NCBI GenBank assembly: GCA_048882505.1
Contig: JBHLRO010000010.1
Coordinates: forward strand, 94,047-126,046
Direction: 5' to 3'
Source of the DNA: Candidatus Thorarchaeota archaeon
GTDB lineage: Archaea > Asgardarchaeota > Heimdallarchaeia > Hodarchaeales > Hodarchaeaceae
Length of the DNA: 32,000 bases
Shown here: piece by piece, positions 31,201-32,000 of the stretch
Numbering within the stretch: position 1 is the first letter of the stretch
Layout: each line of letters opens with the position of its first letter
The notes under the pieces: generated by a model
Database searches by the model: none
What the model saw: only the letters and a program-made list of their open reading frames with translations
What the model was told of the DNA's origin: nothing
Translations under genes and position numbers: made by a program

Positions 31201-31381
31201 AGAGAATTTAAATCGATTCTTGAATGAATTATTGGAACATATGCGGCGAATTAGCAACCTCATGAAGGAAGGAGTTGATACGAAAGTCGTCCAGAAAGAG
31301 ATGGAAAAAACTCGAGACTTCCTGACGAGAGCGATGCTGGTATTCCGCAGAAAATACAAGAAGGAGTTTGTTGAAAAATGA
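1193..31381 (+). CDS. Giant (10,062 aa) membrane-anchored Ig-repeat surface glycoprotein with a cytoplasmic longin/uDENN-like C-terminal domain
   Basis: This is an uninterrupted 30-kb frame with an N-terminal signal peptide. It has dozens of ~113-aa repeats ending in (Y/F)D-x-V-G-N ... D-x-x-x-P, typical of bacterial/archaeal Ig-like domains. The composition is S/T/D/G-rich and K/R-poor. A C-terminal hydrophobic helix is followed by QRFR...KKK and then a folded 192-aa tail. Confidence 0.95.
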   Translation: MPKLIKKTHSYLFKGLVIFSLVLLLGSFHALEPSNSLYPVTNIFSFGTKGPISDGIDNHTFISETGRQVHEITSSTPAYKIRLIFPVPGESADFLTLRLKARYTEEFTNLIRWNQNKNVSISVFPFESSIMDGINQSVQVLDAMELYWGTTIKFPFNNTALEGRDYFEIAFFMWNRTSVLTGLQFEDITFKNTPTPLSGQNNLLMGFLSTSAVCLWIAFPNRFSPLVACFIMIALVIVPLTLTLQTIRFLDNVEKTEAGVSRFTFFGRVYEQRDLGNGLFSLRMVKDLSRAFELQALSGTGDSDIYPGVFKDETVSQELQGIETVFLQPIMDSTDSIDSPVTYGSQFTPLLPRYKFSDITGNPGWWNTSYKYVRQVNITANSALDTNYTVQADLDTSTPVTASKMRADGKDLRVAYYNQTDSTWYELDRVILNNNSQKTAVFFRLQKAVSASSSDNNYAIFYGVQGNPGIPPNSTNKIFLDNDDFSSKNLNNYNLATNWAAALDTSKPTNIGWWITEDIALHSGGTNDYLNRSNLLTTNNEIIVLGKLTTSGGTKTSIELRSNASPSDDLRITHLSSSPYLRLERYNGTIYTLSSTTGSFSTTTWYLYKFNFVGDTMKARVWEAGQDEPSTWNLTYTASSGDNFPSNGHLLFKSNGGMEIGMWALRAGLSNDPAVTVDLEQQELVKITDIQIQNTEYNGSRYWDNNDGSADDFIRIKITAVWNVTGDPYLGELSVGHSLNPTYFGSTSGNVGGTTTIDVEENPIGSVTTFDGITVGAAIVGPNNPFGTDVYLDPGLTFSDIGWDAAEPTGGSWSTDFDTTDNTGDGFTPYGAGFGIYDAFYDDAAYTADASGWSDGTGAGILEYYIKSSAGNLGPADADGVDVSTTLPAEGVHNIQYAIQDQVGNWANGSAIINVYYSTAAPSGFTVDINGTGSWTPTTPSYAWISNPTAITSGTLYLGQAGNSIWNITVNEGTWNAGGAWQVIFESGWGGTEVSDTAAPYYSANYHSNTNAEADINTFIVNRNGVVSTITIRTLSDTSAPEMASISVTGDSPIPGYSDWDQDGAGFSIDRATITEKGDFGLAINASNSETFANYRYMGGTSPSTAITVTHLWIRTTGSGTAAVALYTGGTLSNPTTATKQAEAFNVAVSAGWNRIDIPDTLVSADAIVWMSVALDTGLYYATSGNGLKGDWQESRGRWSQSGGSDPTQASPNNPGSGSFAPAWYNMYMEYDGGAGGNQAVYDVDNSNPSFDLSSNDPYTYPVDVGADGTYTFYAVAVDRVGNKGIVRSDLGFVDETDPILGTTSFTDADYTNATHDYYDQGVRATATYRIPFTETNVFNITVVDIINAADRASDAAAGQTSPFDSTISLSNLFSDGEYTITITITDKVGRTDTTVTGGPTSIFLDNTDPVLTDALSSFEETSGEITKVYGLPGSELFYFANSFTGGAIIRLYATGTDSGSGVRGIDFGVFGADNPAEDTVSPYRGQYTINNDDVSGTITVTIYDKVGNSDSGIITATEDAANPSISLSGETESSTFLYAAYGDNTQGVYGSLMGTTQGYTISGTASDATAGLLSLSDNTTFGDNPSNTGSLSNWQFIYTIDTADNGDIVVVYTATDNVGNNNTVTYTFYEDNSNPLITDPMSIYQESGDTGEVYGDIGSDVFYFSNSFSTFATVTFTATGLEAGKAGIRGIDFGSFGSDDPGEDTSAPFTGQYTINGADLAGSITVTIYDNVGNSGSDTITCTEDAAPPTISITGETESSAYLYAGYGTVKEGVYGSGMGSLQSYTISGTASDADAGLLSITDDQSFGNDPSNSGTNSSWSFVYQIDAADSGNVVITYTATDLVGNTATDAYTFNEDNTNPSITVTQAASATNESSIFLYYDNVSAFGYYSPNMLGVLQTFNVGGTASDASGLASVTDDTTFGNNPARSGSLTSWSFGYQIDDGDAVYGTFTVTYTATDNVGNTFTDSFQFIFDNTNPTVSVDTAYILDGGSPYLHWDGVGSKIWYGDDMPSGQSLTVGIDAADASSGLDYAIAANHFGGTAAQLTDDTEDTNGGRTYDVPVVDINATDTWTGSFGITVYDNVGNSLQTTVDISRDTGIPSISVTGEIESSVYLYAGYGTTKQGVYSGSGMGSIQSFTISGTASDASSGLYSITDNSAFGDDPINTGSNASWLFLYQIDSGDNGDVTIAYTATDLVGNTAGDTYTFFEDGTNPTLTDNMSAYAEFVDTTEVYGVTGTDTFYFSNSFSSSATVEFTATGFDTGYAGVRGIDFGTFGGDNPVEDTSAPYIGQYTINNVDSSGSITVTIYDNVGNNDSGTITCIEDATNPSLSDPMSAYTEDSGDIADVYGVIGTNTFYFSNTIPTSAMVTFTATGSDTGGAGVRGIDFGSFGGDDPTEDTSAPYQGQYTLTNADATGAITVTIYDNVGNPGSATITCTEDSTNPSLSDAMSAYSEDAGDTADVFGNEGTNLLYFSNTIPTSATVTFTATGSDASSGVRGIDFGVFGENPAEDTSAPYTGTYIIDNSDTSGSITVTIYDNVNNSASGTITCTEDSTSPSLSDAMSAYNEISGEDTDVYGLIGSNTFYFSNSFSTSVTINFTATGSDSGSGVRGIDFGTFGADNPVEDNTAPYEGTYVIDNADTSGSITVTIYDQVNNFASATITATEDSTNPTLSDPMSAYSEDAGDLGDVYGIIGSDTFYFSDSFTSSATVTFTATGSDAGGAGLRGLDFGIFGGNDPIEDPSAPFTGQYVIDNASSSGSIQVVIYDNVNNSNIGTITCIEDAINPSGIILSSYLDLDDNTGDGYVPSDGTGTNTEAFYDEATFIADVSVTEAGSGILSLQLKRLGGSYGTNVPSGTNVDATLALGNNSIYYMIIDNVGNNATGFANVDVFYSTAAPTGMDIDITGTGLWSKTSPSYAWIFDSTDITSGTLYLGNVGNTNWGIVMDGSGNWNAGGEWKVIFEAGWGQATDITDTTPSFSTGNVYSSNIGAEADIWVDIVNRNGISQRIILTTTADTTGPTMASITVTGDSPVVSNWDQNGAEFNIDFATTSDGGSGANGWYVEYNNPVPRANWTTLDPYVYTNDVGDGSSNPYPFYAVPVDKVGNIGAGVRSDNGFIDETDPILGTTSFTDAGYTNGNENWYDHGTAGSATFRIPFTELNVYSISVVCTIASSDRASDAGIDQTSPFDSTITLLNTYPDGTYVITITVMDKSGRTDTTVAGGPTWINLDNTDPSISVSGESETSNFLYAEYGTIVQGYYGSGMGASLQDFTISGIASDTGVGVSSITDNTSFGNNPSNGGSPTSWSFLYQIDVADNGNVTVIYTASDYVGNTATTLYTFYEDNTAPTGYSLSLDPDTTTDIGYLPNTNYYDDDSVDVTTGGTITEIHSGLPSLRYTYRIGSNAWSPWSDVSIHQFTGVLDGTYNLEVMVRDNVGNNGTAQAASSSVTVDTDSPAKFNLTLTRVGSGFGANFNETLMELIFNSQKNDFFTANITSNGTSDIGNSGYWKIEWDKYSQFETASNITIAGLPESKNFNYLGDVNGTFLIRLINNAGNYQEWNITAIEVVATVTLTITEIVESSDFLYHDGIISHNYGYYSDKMGGTVVFTLRGTATTTSGGLMFTTDDNSTLSAANTGTESNWEFNYTFDSTTGSTYDTFLVIITGTDNLAFTGNTTFEFRYDNTNPTAPTIIGISESSVNLYYNSTDFIYSSDQAMTDPFTIQVTTSDNGVGDVGLYKANASSDFGAEVPEDSSYTTQYDLTYTVSQSETAGGDNQVIIAVYDLVGNNASVSLNCLLDDTPPTVTVTGESENSWYLYAGYGSGNEGVYGSLMTISLAYTISGTAVDTIAGLISLDDNTTFGDNPGNTGTLSSWQYVYVIDAADNGNITVVYSASDNVGNIGTTSYRFYEDNTAPTVPTQLITNPSGSPYLYLNSTARFYFSDQMGLTPVEVQISGTGSDALAGLKNATFPAHFGDSPAADLTPTSWQASYNIHGTDPEQTGPQTNINVFVYDNVGNVNTVTFTFKGDNSSPNVSLTGISEDALVYYLYVASNSLIYYSTVGSGNRNFTVTVLVQEPLAVLDAGVKNVSFPNVFTGSDGGINASSGGSHSRTWQWSYSIPISAIENGSFTITAYDQVNNSQSIDLEIYHDSAAPSAPTITDVLESSEFLYYSASTLFYSNDQVMSASFTIQLTTADLESGLENATGSADFGGETPNDSIYSGGYELSYVINQGETDGGDDVVVTVYDKVSNSITVTLTVTLDNTAPTGLSVNSVYEYGSEFLHVIGSTLYYSNDQTMSEDFTIEVLASDVDSGLLNATGEAEFGNSPGDISYLAGYNLTYTIDMGESAGGGNVIVWIYDNVGNNASISLITTLDNSGPTSITITNVIETSDFLYYDGAREILFFSNDQTMSELFTIQVTAVDPAAGIKNATGETEFGDSPVDTTYSAGFDLSYTIDLSEATSDGYVTVTIFDMCANSNTVDLNTTVDNVGPRDQKITQINDFGSKYIYLYNGSSLILYINNQTSSDYLFFIYVSDNEPANESGRYLAEGSLYFGEIPVATTYQYVLRYTLNQTENVDNGTLVITTFDRCNNSNSVGLTVQVDRTPPALVPGYSFNDFGSDYIHNNGTHFIFSSLMPFTQTIRISGSVTDIYASVNGSGIDHVDYLPAFGSSPTTTFGPSWIADYGINSTDSEHGSNGSVSFRVYDNVNNSRLIFIPYVSDTTPPSGLSIIDILEDLLPEYLHYNSTLIAIFYSHVRPEKGERKFTVRVSAADLGGAGLRNTSFPTIGVGFSTGGFDTSDADGFWNFSYTEDGSSGTFNGSLTVTVYDNVGNSNTVNFNVYSDFAPPAGLTLVELIEDSDFLYYDPGSETFYYSNSHSTPQPFTINITADDPNAVHSGLLGANGSVDFSETHSTVVFDGNFSLTYDVSNGESASGNDLTITVYDKVGNSADFHLSSILDNLAPSAPTITNVVENSYLLYYSAPTFYYSNDQTMSASFTIQLTTSDTLAGLRNATGSADFGGETPSDSVYSGGYELSYTISQGETDGGDGVLITIYDRVGNSVTGSLTVLLDNVSPTGSILTLLESSEYLYFNGTHLFYSNDQSMSDPFTIRVTSSDAASGLLNATGEDDFGDINVGDTSYSTYYELTYLVDSGDSASGAQVDIFVYDQVGNSLSLALSAVIDNDAPSSVTLSSLTGTDIANYLYFNGTHLFYSNDQVMSESFTLKLVVTELISGIKNVTGTLDFGTIPSTTTNVSGTFDIQYTVDQSETAGLDNQINISAFDNVGNVHSSFVLPVILDNTGPIIPAIQNVIENSEYLYYSGTTLYYANSHPTQSEKFSVNITASDTLSGILWINGSIDFGETPSDPDYAKGYFLVNYTVGFNEEASGSQIAFTVYDRVKNTNSITLNLNKDNTAPSGISITSVTENSEYIYYSLGTKILYYSSDQAMLGQPFTITIVAQDNVGGAGLFNLTGSTEFGDTPSDLTYVGEYSVNYIIDSFETNVSAIILSVYDRVGNLNNSITLDLKLDNAAPSAPSITGIVESSPYLYYSSPTFYYSNDQPMGHNFTIQFTTNDTLAGLQNATGSVDFGGEIPVDVIYSAGYEITYNVSQGETDGGNDVVITVYDLVGNSITGTLNVILDNAAPTVPTITDVLAPSEFLYYNGTHFFYSNDQPMSDSFTIQLTTSDALAGLKNATGSTEFGGETPVDTGYLSGYELTYTISSGETDGGDDVVITIYDLVGNSITGTLNVILDNAAPMAPTITGVLESSEHLHYSAPTFFYSNDQPMADSFTIQLTTGDSDSGLQNATGSTDFGGETPSDTSYSAGYDLIYTVDQSETAGGDNQIVITIYDQVGNFISVSLDSVLDNTGPINTNLVTVVIQKNIQNLYYANGTKTLYYSNDISVSDSFSVRVSAQDPSSGLQKANASEFGETPSTTDYSSGYYQLSFTVNTGESSPSFTVTVWDNVGNPSNIALTTVLDNNAPSAPIITGVIESSPYLYYSSPTFYYSNDQPMGHNFTIQFTSSDGAAGLKNATGSTDFGGEIPVDWIYSSGYELTYNVSQGDTDGGDGVTISVYDKVGNKVTDVFSVSLDNTNPTAPNINNVLESSEFLYYNALTLFYSNDQAMSASFTIQLSTSDSGAGLLNATGETDFGGETPNDLTYVGGYELTYVISSGETASGNQVTITVYDNVGNYDNSQSLACTLDNMVPTVPIIIGIGESSEFLFYGAPTFYYSNDQPMSDSFTIQLTTSDSGSGLQNATGSAEFGGEIPVDTVYATRYELSYTVSQFETAGGDNQIVLTVYDNVGNSVTGPLSSILDNVAPTVPIITAVYEGSDYIYYSGSILYYSNDQSMTDSFTIEFTTTDGSAGLQNATGSAEFNAEIPSDSSYSSGYNLSYTISQGETDGGDDVVITVYDFVGNKITKTFLVTLDNTAPSITLESHSSKIWYNTPGGITSYSGSVSDTLSGITSAFFNYSTDGGTTNTSFTATLGGGTWLDDDEITDTVNDNVTLIVYVWDNVKNVNSTTVEIWHDDTPPTITYNDPTAGSSTIFYNLNDNATTFDIDFGVTGGKTFYSGLVKAEYQTDDGMGWYTIFDNTGAPSLLDNTTNWKIERWNETLFNGVNTIDIRVTDAAGNIRTDIYSTGVSGFNLRLDTQGPVALSLSVKGNEIGISDPSLYDWAGSDFYLSFKFNSSSNITKFYIYSDQNTVIKSYLNKSGTEVFTWYEVGPGPVYHNYTTVDQLVFFDIGNTGNRSVYVRAENQAGINSSWIQVYLFVDEEDPTLTLTSITELNLTWTIHPDVLAGNGTLYFSDQMGASNSAGFDVTVNAADSGSGMTNGYVDFQAFEAIPAQTNTYTGTFSVGQSTTDRAWVRAYAIDASGRNSSSIAIVEVIRDTSAPTLPIITTIVENSEFLHYDSGSTTLYYSNDQPMSATFTIQLTTADLGGAGLANATGSADFGGEIPTDTVYSGRYDLSYTISQSETAGGDNQIIITVYDLVGNSRTKTLDSTIDNAAPSPPIFTGVVENSENIHYNGTHLFYSNDQLMDDLFTIQFTTSDGLGAGLQNATGTPEFGGEIPFDAIYSAMYELSYAISGGETAGGNNINISVYDFVGNYINATFKVILDNVAPSIPIITGVLESSEFIYFDGSTILYYSNDQSMSDSFTIQFTTDDALADLQNATGSSDFGEVNRVDTTYSAVYELNYTIDQSETAGGDNQIVITVYDMVGNSITTVMSCVLDNDAPIVPTITGVIENSEYMAYIAPVLYYSNDQPMGHNFTVQLTTSDGIVGLQNATGSADFGGETPSDFFYVGMYEITYNISQDETAGAGSEVNITVYDLVGNFITVTMICTLDNIAPTTPTISSIIESSDFLYYDGAILYYANTAPLMSESFTIQMTTSDSISGLQNATGETEFGDTPSDAIYSAGYELVYTVDNGESVPDNQITIIVYDNVGNNISISLDTILDNTAPTGLSINAIDENSDFIYYNGIDELFFSNDQSMNDPFTIRLSALEFRSGIQNVTGSFDFGESRSSFSNASGTFDLTYSIASGETTTASDGTLTLTVYDNVGNKASLTLTVTLDNTAPSPPSITGVSESSEYLHYNSPILFYSNNQPMSASFTIHFTTNDVGAGRLNATGETDFGGDTPNDTIYASGYDLIYTVSQAESASGGAVGITVFDNVGNSVTVSLTCTLDNAAPTLPIITNIVESSEYIHYNAPVLYYSSDQPMSDQFTIQFTTSDAIAGLQNATGELEFGETNVVDTTYSGGYELNYTIDNGDTATGDQITITVFDLVGNSVSLILSAILDNTNPTSPSIVDVLETSEYLYYDGATFYYSNDDGLSDSFTIIISTGDSGSGLKNATGETEFGNTPSDTVYSAGFELTYTVDNGESVTGGQITITIYDMVGNTVSVNLAATEDNLAPNISLLNTALRESSDFTYYPLNGTQVLYYSNKMLSDVTVYINVTTFDGSSGLQVMEFPSLFNVGSTFNTTVYNQSYVVSTTSGDNGTFTFRSFDNVGNIAMTTLDIVQDNQAPDQSVISAITESSQYLHTSGVAKLWYSDLMGGVPVSVGIDVNGIDQGGSLAAGLAVITFPTIGDESPGNITSGASTYSVTYNLSSTDSTTGDLFFTVYDRVGNTYQIPLEVINDITVPTISFTDVTNPIYDPDANELDSTGNWYDQGVLSSGFSVSSTPTDPLSGSRQGSGVFTVFIDWDSTNDVDDQLSINAGADGDDVITGLTDDGDGNIVITLTAYDNVANSAQTSITIRFDNTKPSATDSTLLDQNGPIISLSGQSSDASSGVQKITILDYNGSHFPTIVSSGFSSWSLDNTSALDGTIPAGQNIVVNVTVFDNVNNKDTYNVTITFHSLKFLVFSHNIPKRVEIDDPNPLDWNITIDFEYDGTLAGSGTTVIDRFIDLTQFEAWINDTSLAIKPGSLAWLPGPRLQFTVILPNSSSTPEVLEHLTIGETYLKNLRVEWNITTPSIDVRIGHNVSNVVSYHDLEIWYIGDDLDITETDNPDIMNLVLQFRKDYQPLDPFSGDLTFFVNGGSATLEGGISPVGTGTGNWSVPIRLPSGLTPGLHSISFSWRYNLGEYYYVIDSNTSIDVVNYHDIDITVALPALDSLRIFEIDSDFSSLVYFNITEDNGNGSGPLPVTGRGISDLLDFRIRGLSLLSHTSSFLSGSGNSDYSFNFTLFDANTTASWIGNNILTFRINTSTGLSDWGSIILIGHDLDVVINSILTIGGLDIFDPDERTEFDMIIQVREDQGSGPQAILGLDIGNFVRLYMENVGDPTKNATIGFVDSWNPTVNAGEYTVRFTLEALAASQLSLGPIRVTFELNDFEGHRAFDSNTDLDSRDFVNLLGLEWISTPFGFFTFDPANTTSDITFRLSLNQVLQVNFRIYALDTGLTLTDPINVYWETPWNTSQPNPPPILRSGNVTLNLTSSQPYRQAFIAYAEGNREKQLQFQPWRFYVEWDRMIASNVTIDDYSTSADNNSVLNAGGNYTLIYTALFDQSGKTAGSSQLQLNLTVFEFIGGGWSPVDGSLTEHLANGTDIIYPVVGGMVTIDHLDGIGSRIFSIDNGSQIIGIMTVYDTQNVFPFGDGQLQIDLQFFDLAKVDLTVRPITEIESGVTYRFYSSYPPYAGPVYSLVNDTSGAIFQETLIWTKFLVTLTPEDGRIPKLTTGTIYVDVAYAHDSTWVLDNQVRVFLLDNTLDQNRSEANWISNRATFTGLLSQGIVELVKYNISAFVDSRYGIFVFEDAISGSSDAYTEIIWDQVIFEFTLAEPWGADLRFNVNSSAIIQVKAYYDFDKTPFNGTILTRHRNIYTPMLTEFTQVRNWNDSVAIKLKPDEPEQSGPGTTLFLLINVTDDYSWGLNGTRPGLGYRVIYGTGSKFMILRWDRIIMEFEHAPSYNPGDSLNMTLKAYYESTLTLINTSNFVYTVYKDGQLYPPENRSVLSFNDHEMYPRSHTYMIAFAYDFLTNLTGSYDSLTKNPFPSDVVPWIDTQNPRLVEQKLIDFGNGTLGFLVVATDDLPEVYFGSGIENVTVQLTIGTSLPSRTRWLLRRYANMSSGVIFFGNVTTGSSTEDFRWNNTITYRLVITDKNGNPRSWDFRVNLLADSGPPEISKVTVSYSNDTDGNLTLEAFSYDEWAGLLNASISFRTLGDSNWSTPVLMDLTLLDKDNNGTFSIPKMFAVGASKEYKIVIFDRAGNSAAFEGLIQVLDRAGPQVLQPITRETFTFEQNKFGEFFIQIQVVDNGSDIANAILLYEIAGTIGSIELTEISGSIAGEGSSILAAAYRDQRTFSRRFTIQPDLINTQSPRFSLLLTDSEGNQRTITNSQIMAWWESIYPQDTRPIDSIVPSVFQLIEEPLVLIIMAVFILGFAFVAVQRFRTISGFDKKKVLQDITKVSDTEVWEENDKISIGLTASFFDQVKGPQPIIVYPDRLWSSEMMIVSLADRSFSTLGFVPNPNDDKHATFRYHISGEKCTVFGYAFAIENPEARGGQENLAICFVIRPPWGTLENLNRFLNELLEHMRRISNLMKEGVDTKVVQKEMEKTRDFLTRAMLVFRRKYKKEFVEK
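1799..1925 (+). other. Internal transmembrane hairpin (two hydrophobic helices)
   Basis: LLMGFLSTSAVCLWIAF, a short loop PNRFSP, then LVACFIMIALVIVPLTLTL. Confidence 0.7.
2285..2650 (+). other. DUF2341-like domain
   Basis: The segment has the recognisable family signature: GWWNTSYKYVRQVNIT ... LDTST...KMRADGKDLRV ... ELDRVI ... VFFRLQ ... YAIFYG ... IFLDNDDF. Confidence 0.75.
2650..3230 (+). other. ConA/LamG-like lectin-glucanase beta-sandwich (putative glycan-binding)
   Basis: WYLYKFNFVGDTMKARVWEAGQDEPSTW...GHL matches the pattern W-x-x-h-K-h...G..h-K-A-R-V-W..G..E-P..W. This pattern is common in ConA-like domains that follow DUF2341. Confidence 0.55.
3617..5422 (+). repeat. Multi-domain block A, copy 1 (602 aa including a 156-aa insertion)
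   Basis: It is colinear with 9548..10888 and shares DNTGDG, AFYD, YSTAAP, SGTLYLG, WNAGGxW, VNRNG, SIxVTGDSP, DETDPILGTTSFTDA, QTSPFDSTI and GRTDTTVxGGPT. Confidence 0.9.
5423..7834 (+). repeat. Mixed zone of class B (GVRGIDFG) and class C (YLYAGYG / DNTTFGDNP) Ig-like repeats
   Basis: Class B copies are at 5423..5764 and 6101..6442. Class C copies are at 5765..6100, 6443..6778, ~6779..7129 (variant) and ~7496..7834. Further class C copies occur at ~10889..11227 and ~12587..12922. Confidence 0.85.
7835..9547 (+). repeat. Five tandem class B Ig-like repeats (~114 aa each)
   Basis: Consensus: SLSDxMSAYxE...VYG..G..TFYFSN...SATVTFTATGSD.G.GVRGIDFG.FG.DNP.EDTSAPY.G.Y.I.N.D.SGSITVTIYDNV.N...TITCTEDxTNP. 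Confidence 0.92.
9548..10888 (+). repeat. Multi-domain block A, copy 2 (447 aa)
   Basis: It has the same motifs as copy 1. A 25-nt stretch is identical: acgagtccgttcgattcaaccatca at 5273..5297 and 10739..10763. Confidence 0.9.
16064..20467 (+). repeat. Thirteen tandem class E Ig-like repeats (~113 aa each)
   Basis: Consensus: P.IT.V.ESSE.LYY....FYYSNDQPMS.SFTIQLTTSD..AGL.NATGS.DFGGE.P.D..YS.GYEL.Y.I.QGET.GG..V.ITVYD.VGN....L...LDN.AP. About five more class E copies lie between 12240 and 16063. Confidence 0.92.
21854..24907 (+). repeat. Nine tandem class E Ig-like repeats
   Basis: The consensus is the same as the first class E array, and 3054 nt / 9 gives about 339 nt per unit. Confidence 0.92.
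26231..30720 (+). other. Membrane-proximal stalk of divergent beta-sandwich domains
   Basis: The sequence is not near-repetitive but has periodic linkers. H-type linkers have His codons at 26234, 26633, 26966 and 27326. W-type linkers have Trp codons at 27734, 28061, 28628, 28958, 29333 and 29642. Three Ig-like domains follow, ending in TDKNGN, FDRAGN and TDSEGN. N-x-S/T sequons are dense throughout. Confidence 0.65.
30749..30802 (+). other. C-terminal transmembrane helix (aa 9853-9870)
   Basis: LVLIIMAVFILGFAFVAV is followed by QRFR...DKKK, consistent with the positive-inside rule. Confidence 0.92.
30899..31378 (+). other. Cytoplasmic longin/uDENN-like domain (FLCN/SMCR8/NPRL2-type)
   Basis: The first hairpin reads IGLTASFFDQVKGPQPIIVYP (compare SMCR8 FSEQVGPQPLLTIP, recalled). 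Next is helix MMIVSLADRSF, then hairpin CTVFGYAFAIENPEARGGQENLAICFVI (compare FLCN [28 protein letters not shown], recalled), then two C-terminal amphipathic helices. This beta-beta-alpha-beta-beta-beta-alpha-alpha order fits the longin fold. Confidence 0.8.
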
Positions 31382-32000
31382 TGAAATCAGGAATAAATCG
31401 GATTATAAACTCCAGATCGATTAACAATATTATTTCCTTCTTGTTAATTGGCATATTCACGATTTCGTTCTACGTAGAAGTATCGAATGGCCTCATGGGC
31501 GTTGCTCCTTCTAATCATGAATCTATCAGTTCAAATAGTCCAGGTGATTTAAGATTAATGTCATCTTCACCTTATGATCTCACGGATTCCTCTTTTAATG
31601 AAGAAACGAGAACATTGGCATCATCTTCTGAGACTGGAGACATTTATACTAGTGGTGAAGCCTTTGCGCCTCAGTCGAGCGAAAGGTTTCCTAGATCTGT
31701 ACCGAGATTTGATGTGGGAGGTTCTAGCGATGGTCATGTGGTAATCAATCGAATTAGTCCCGAAGCCATGGAAATCAATGCTACACAGATGGAATTTATA
31801 TTAAACTTTACAATCATCAATTCCCCAGGAAATCCTTCCTCTGCTCTTGAAAATCTGACCATATCAAATGCTACAAACGTATTTCGAATTACGGATATTA
31901 CTAACTGGTATTTCAGTGTAAGTCCGTTAACCGATAACTATTCCTTGAATTTCATACTAAACAGTACGGTATTATCCGATTTAACCTTTGGAGAGTATAA
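31378..32000 (+). CDS. 3'-truncated secreted/surface protein, translationally coupled to the giant ORF (missing from the ORF track)
   Basis: ATG at 31378 (and in-frame 31381) overlaps the TGA at 31379..31381. Manual translation is open to the window end: MMKSGINRIINSRSINNIISFLLIGIFTISFYVEVSNGLMG... It has a signal-like N-terminus, a Ser-rich linker, then beta-rich sequence with six sequons (NAT, NFT, NLT, NAT, NYS, NST). Confidence 0.88.
   Translation, partial: MMKSGINRIINSRSINNIISFLLIGIFTISFYVEVSNGLMGVAPSNHESISSNSPGDLRLMSSSPYDLTDSSFNEETRTLASSSETGDIYTSGEAFAPQSSERFPRSVPRFDVGGSSDGHVVINRISPEAMEINATQMEFILNFTIINSPGNPSSALENLTISNATNVFRITDITNWYFSVSPLTDNYSLNFILNSTVLSDLTFGEY

Noticed and set aside
31376-31383. 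Programmed frameshift fusing the giant ORF to the next ORF
   Set aside because: The next ORF has its own ATG and signal peptide, and ATGA overlap is ordinary translational coupling.
1989-31460. The ~37 short ORFs (62-154 aa) on other frames and the minus strand
   Set aside because: All lie within or overlap the giant ORF, have no recognisable motifs, and are the expected shadows of a long biased coding sequence.

Overview
The window is almost entirely one intact 30,189-nt ORF (1193..31381, 10,062 aa). It encodes a giant, acidic, sequon-rich surface protein. From N to C it has: a signal/anchor helix, a small glycosylated domain, a transmembrane hairpin, a DUF2341-like plus ConA/lectin-like module, roughly 80 Ig-like beta-sandwich domains in several repeat classes, a C-terminal TM helix and a 192-aa cytoplasmic tail. 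The tail looks like a longin/uDENN domain of the folliculin/SMCR8/NPRL2 type, and it keeps the A-R-G motif whose Arg is the GAP arginine finger in FLCN and SMCR8. The resulting hypothesis is a giant adhesin-receptor wired directly to small-GTPase signalling, most likely in an Asgard archaeon (the taxonomy is inferred). Upstream lies the 3' part of an archaeal HTH-ThiN (ThiR-like) regulator gene. Downstream, a second secreted, sequon-rich ORF that the ORF track missed starts in an ATGA overlap with the giant gene's stop and runs off the window. I found no RNA genes, CRISPR arrays or mobile elements. All family assignments come from visual motif recognition, and reference sequences are recalled from memory; none was searched.
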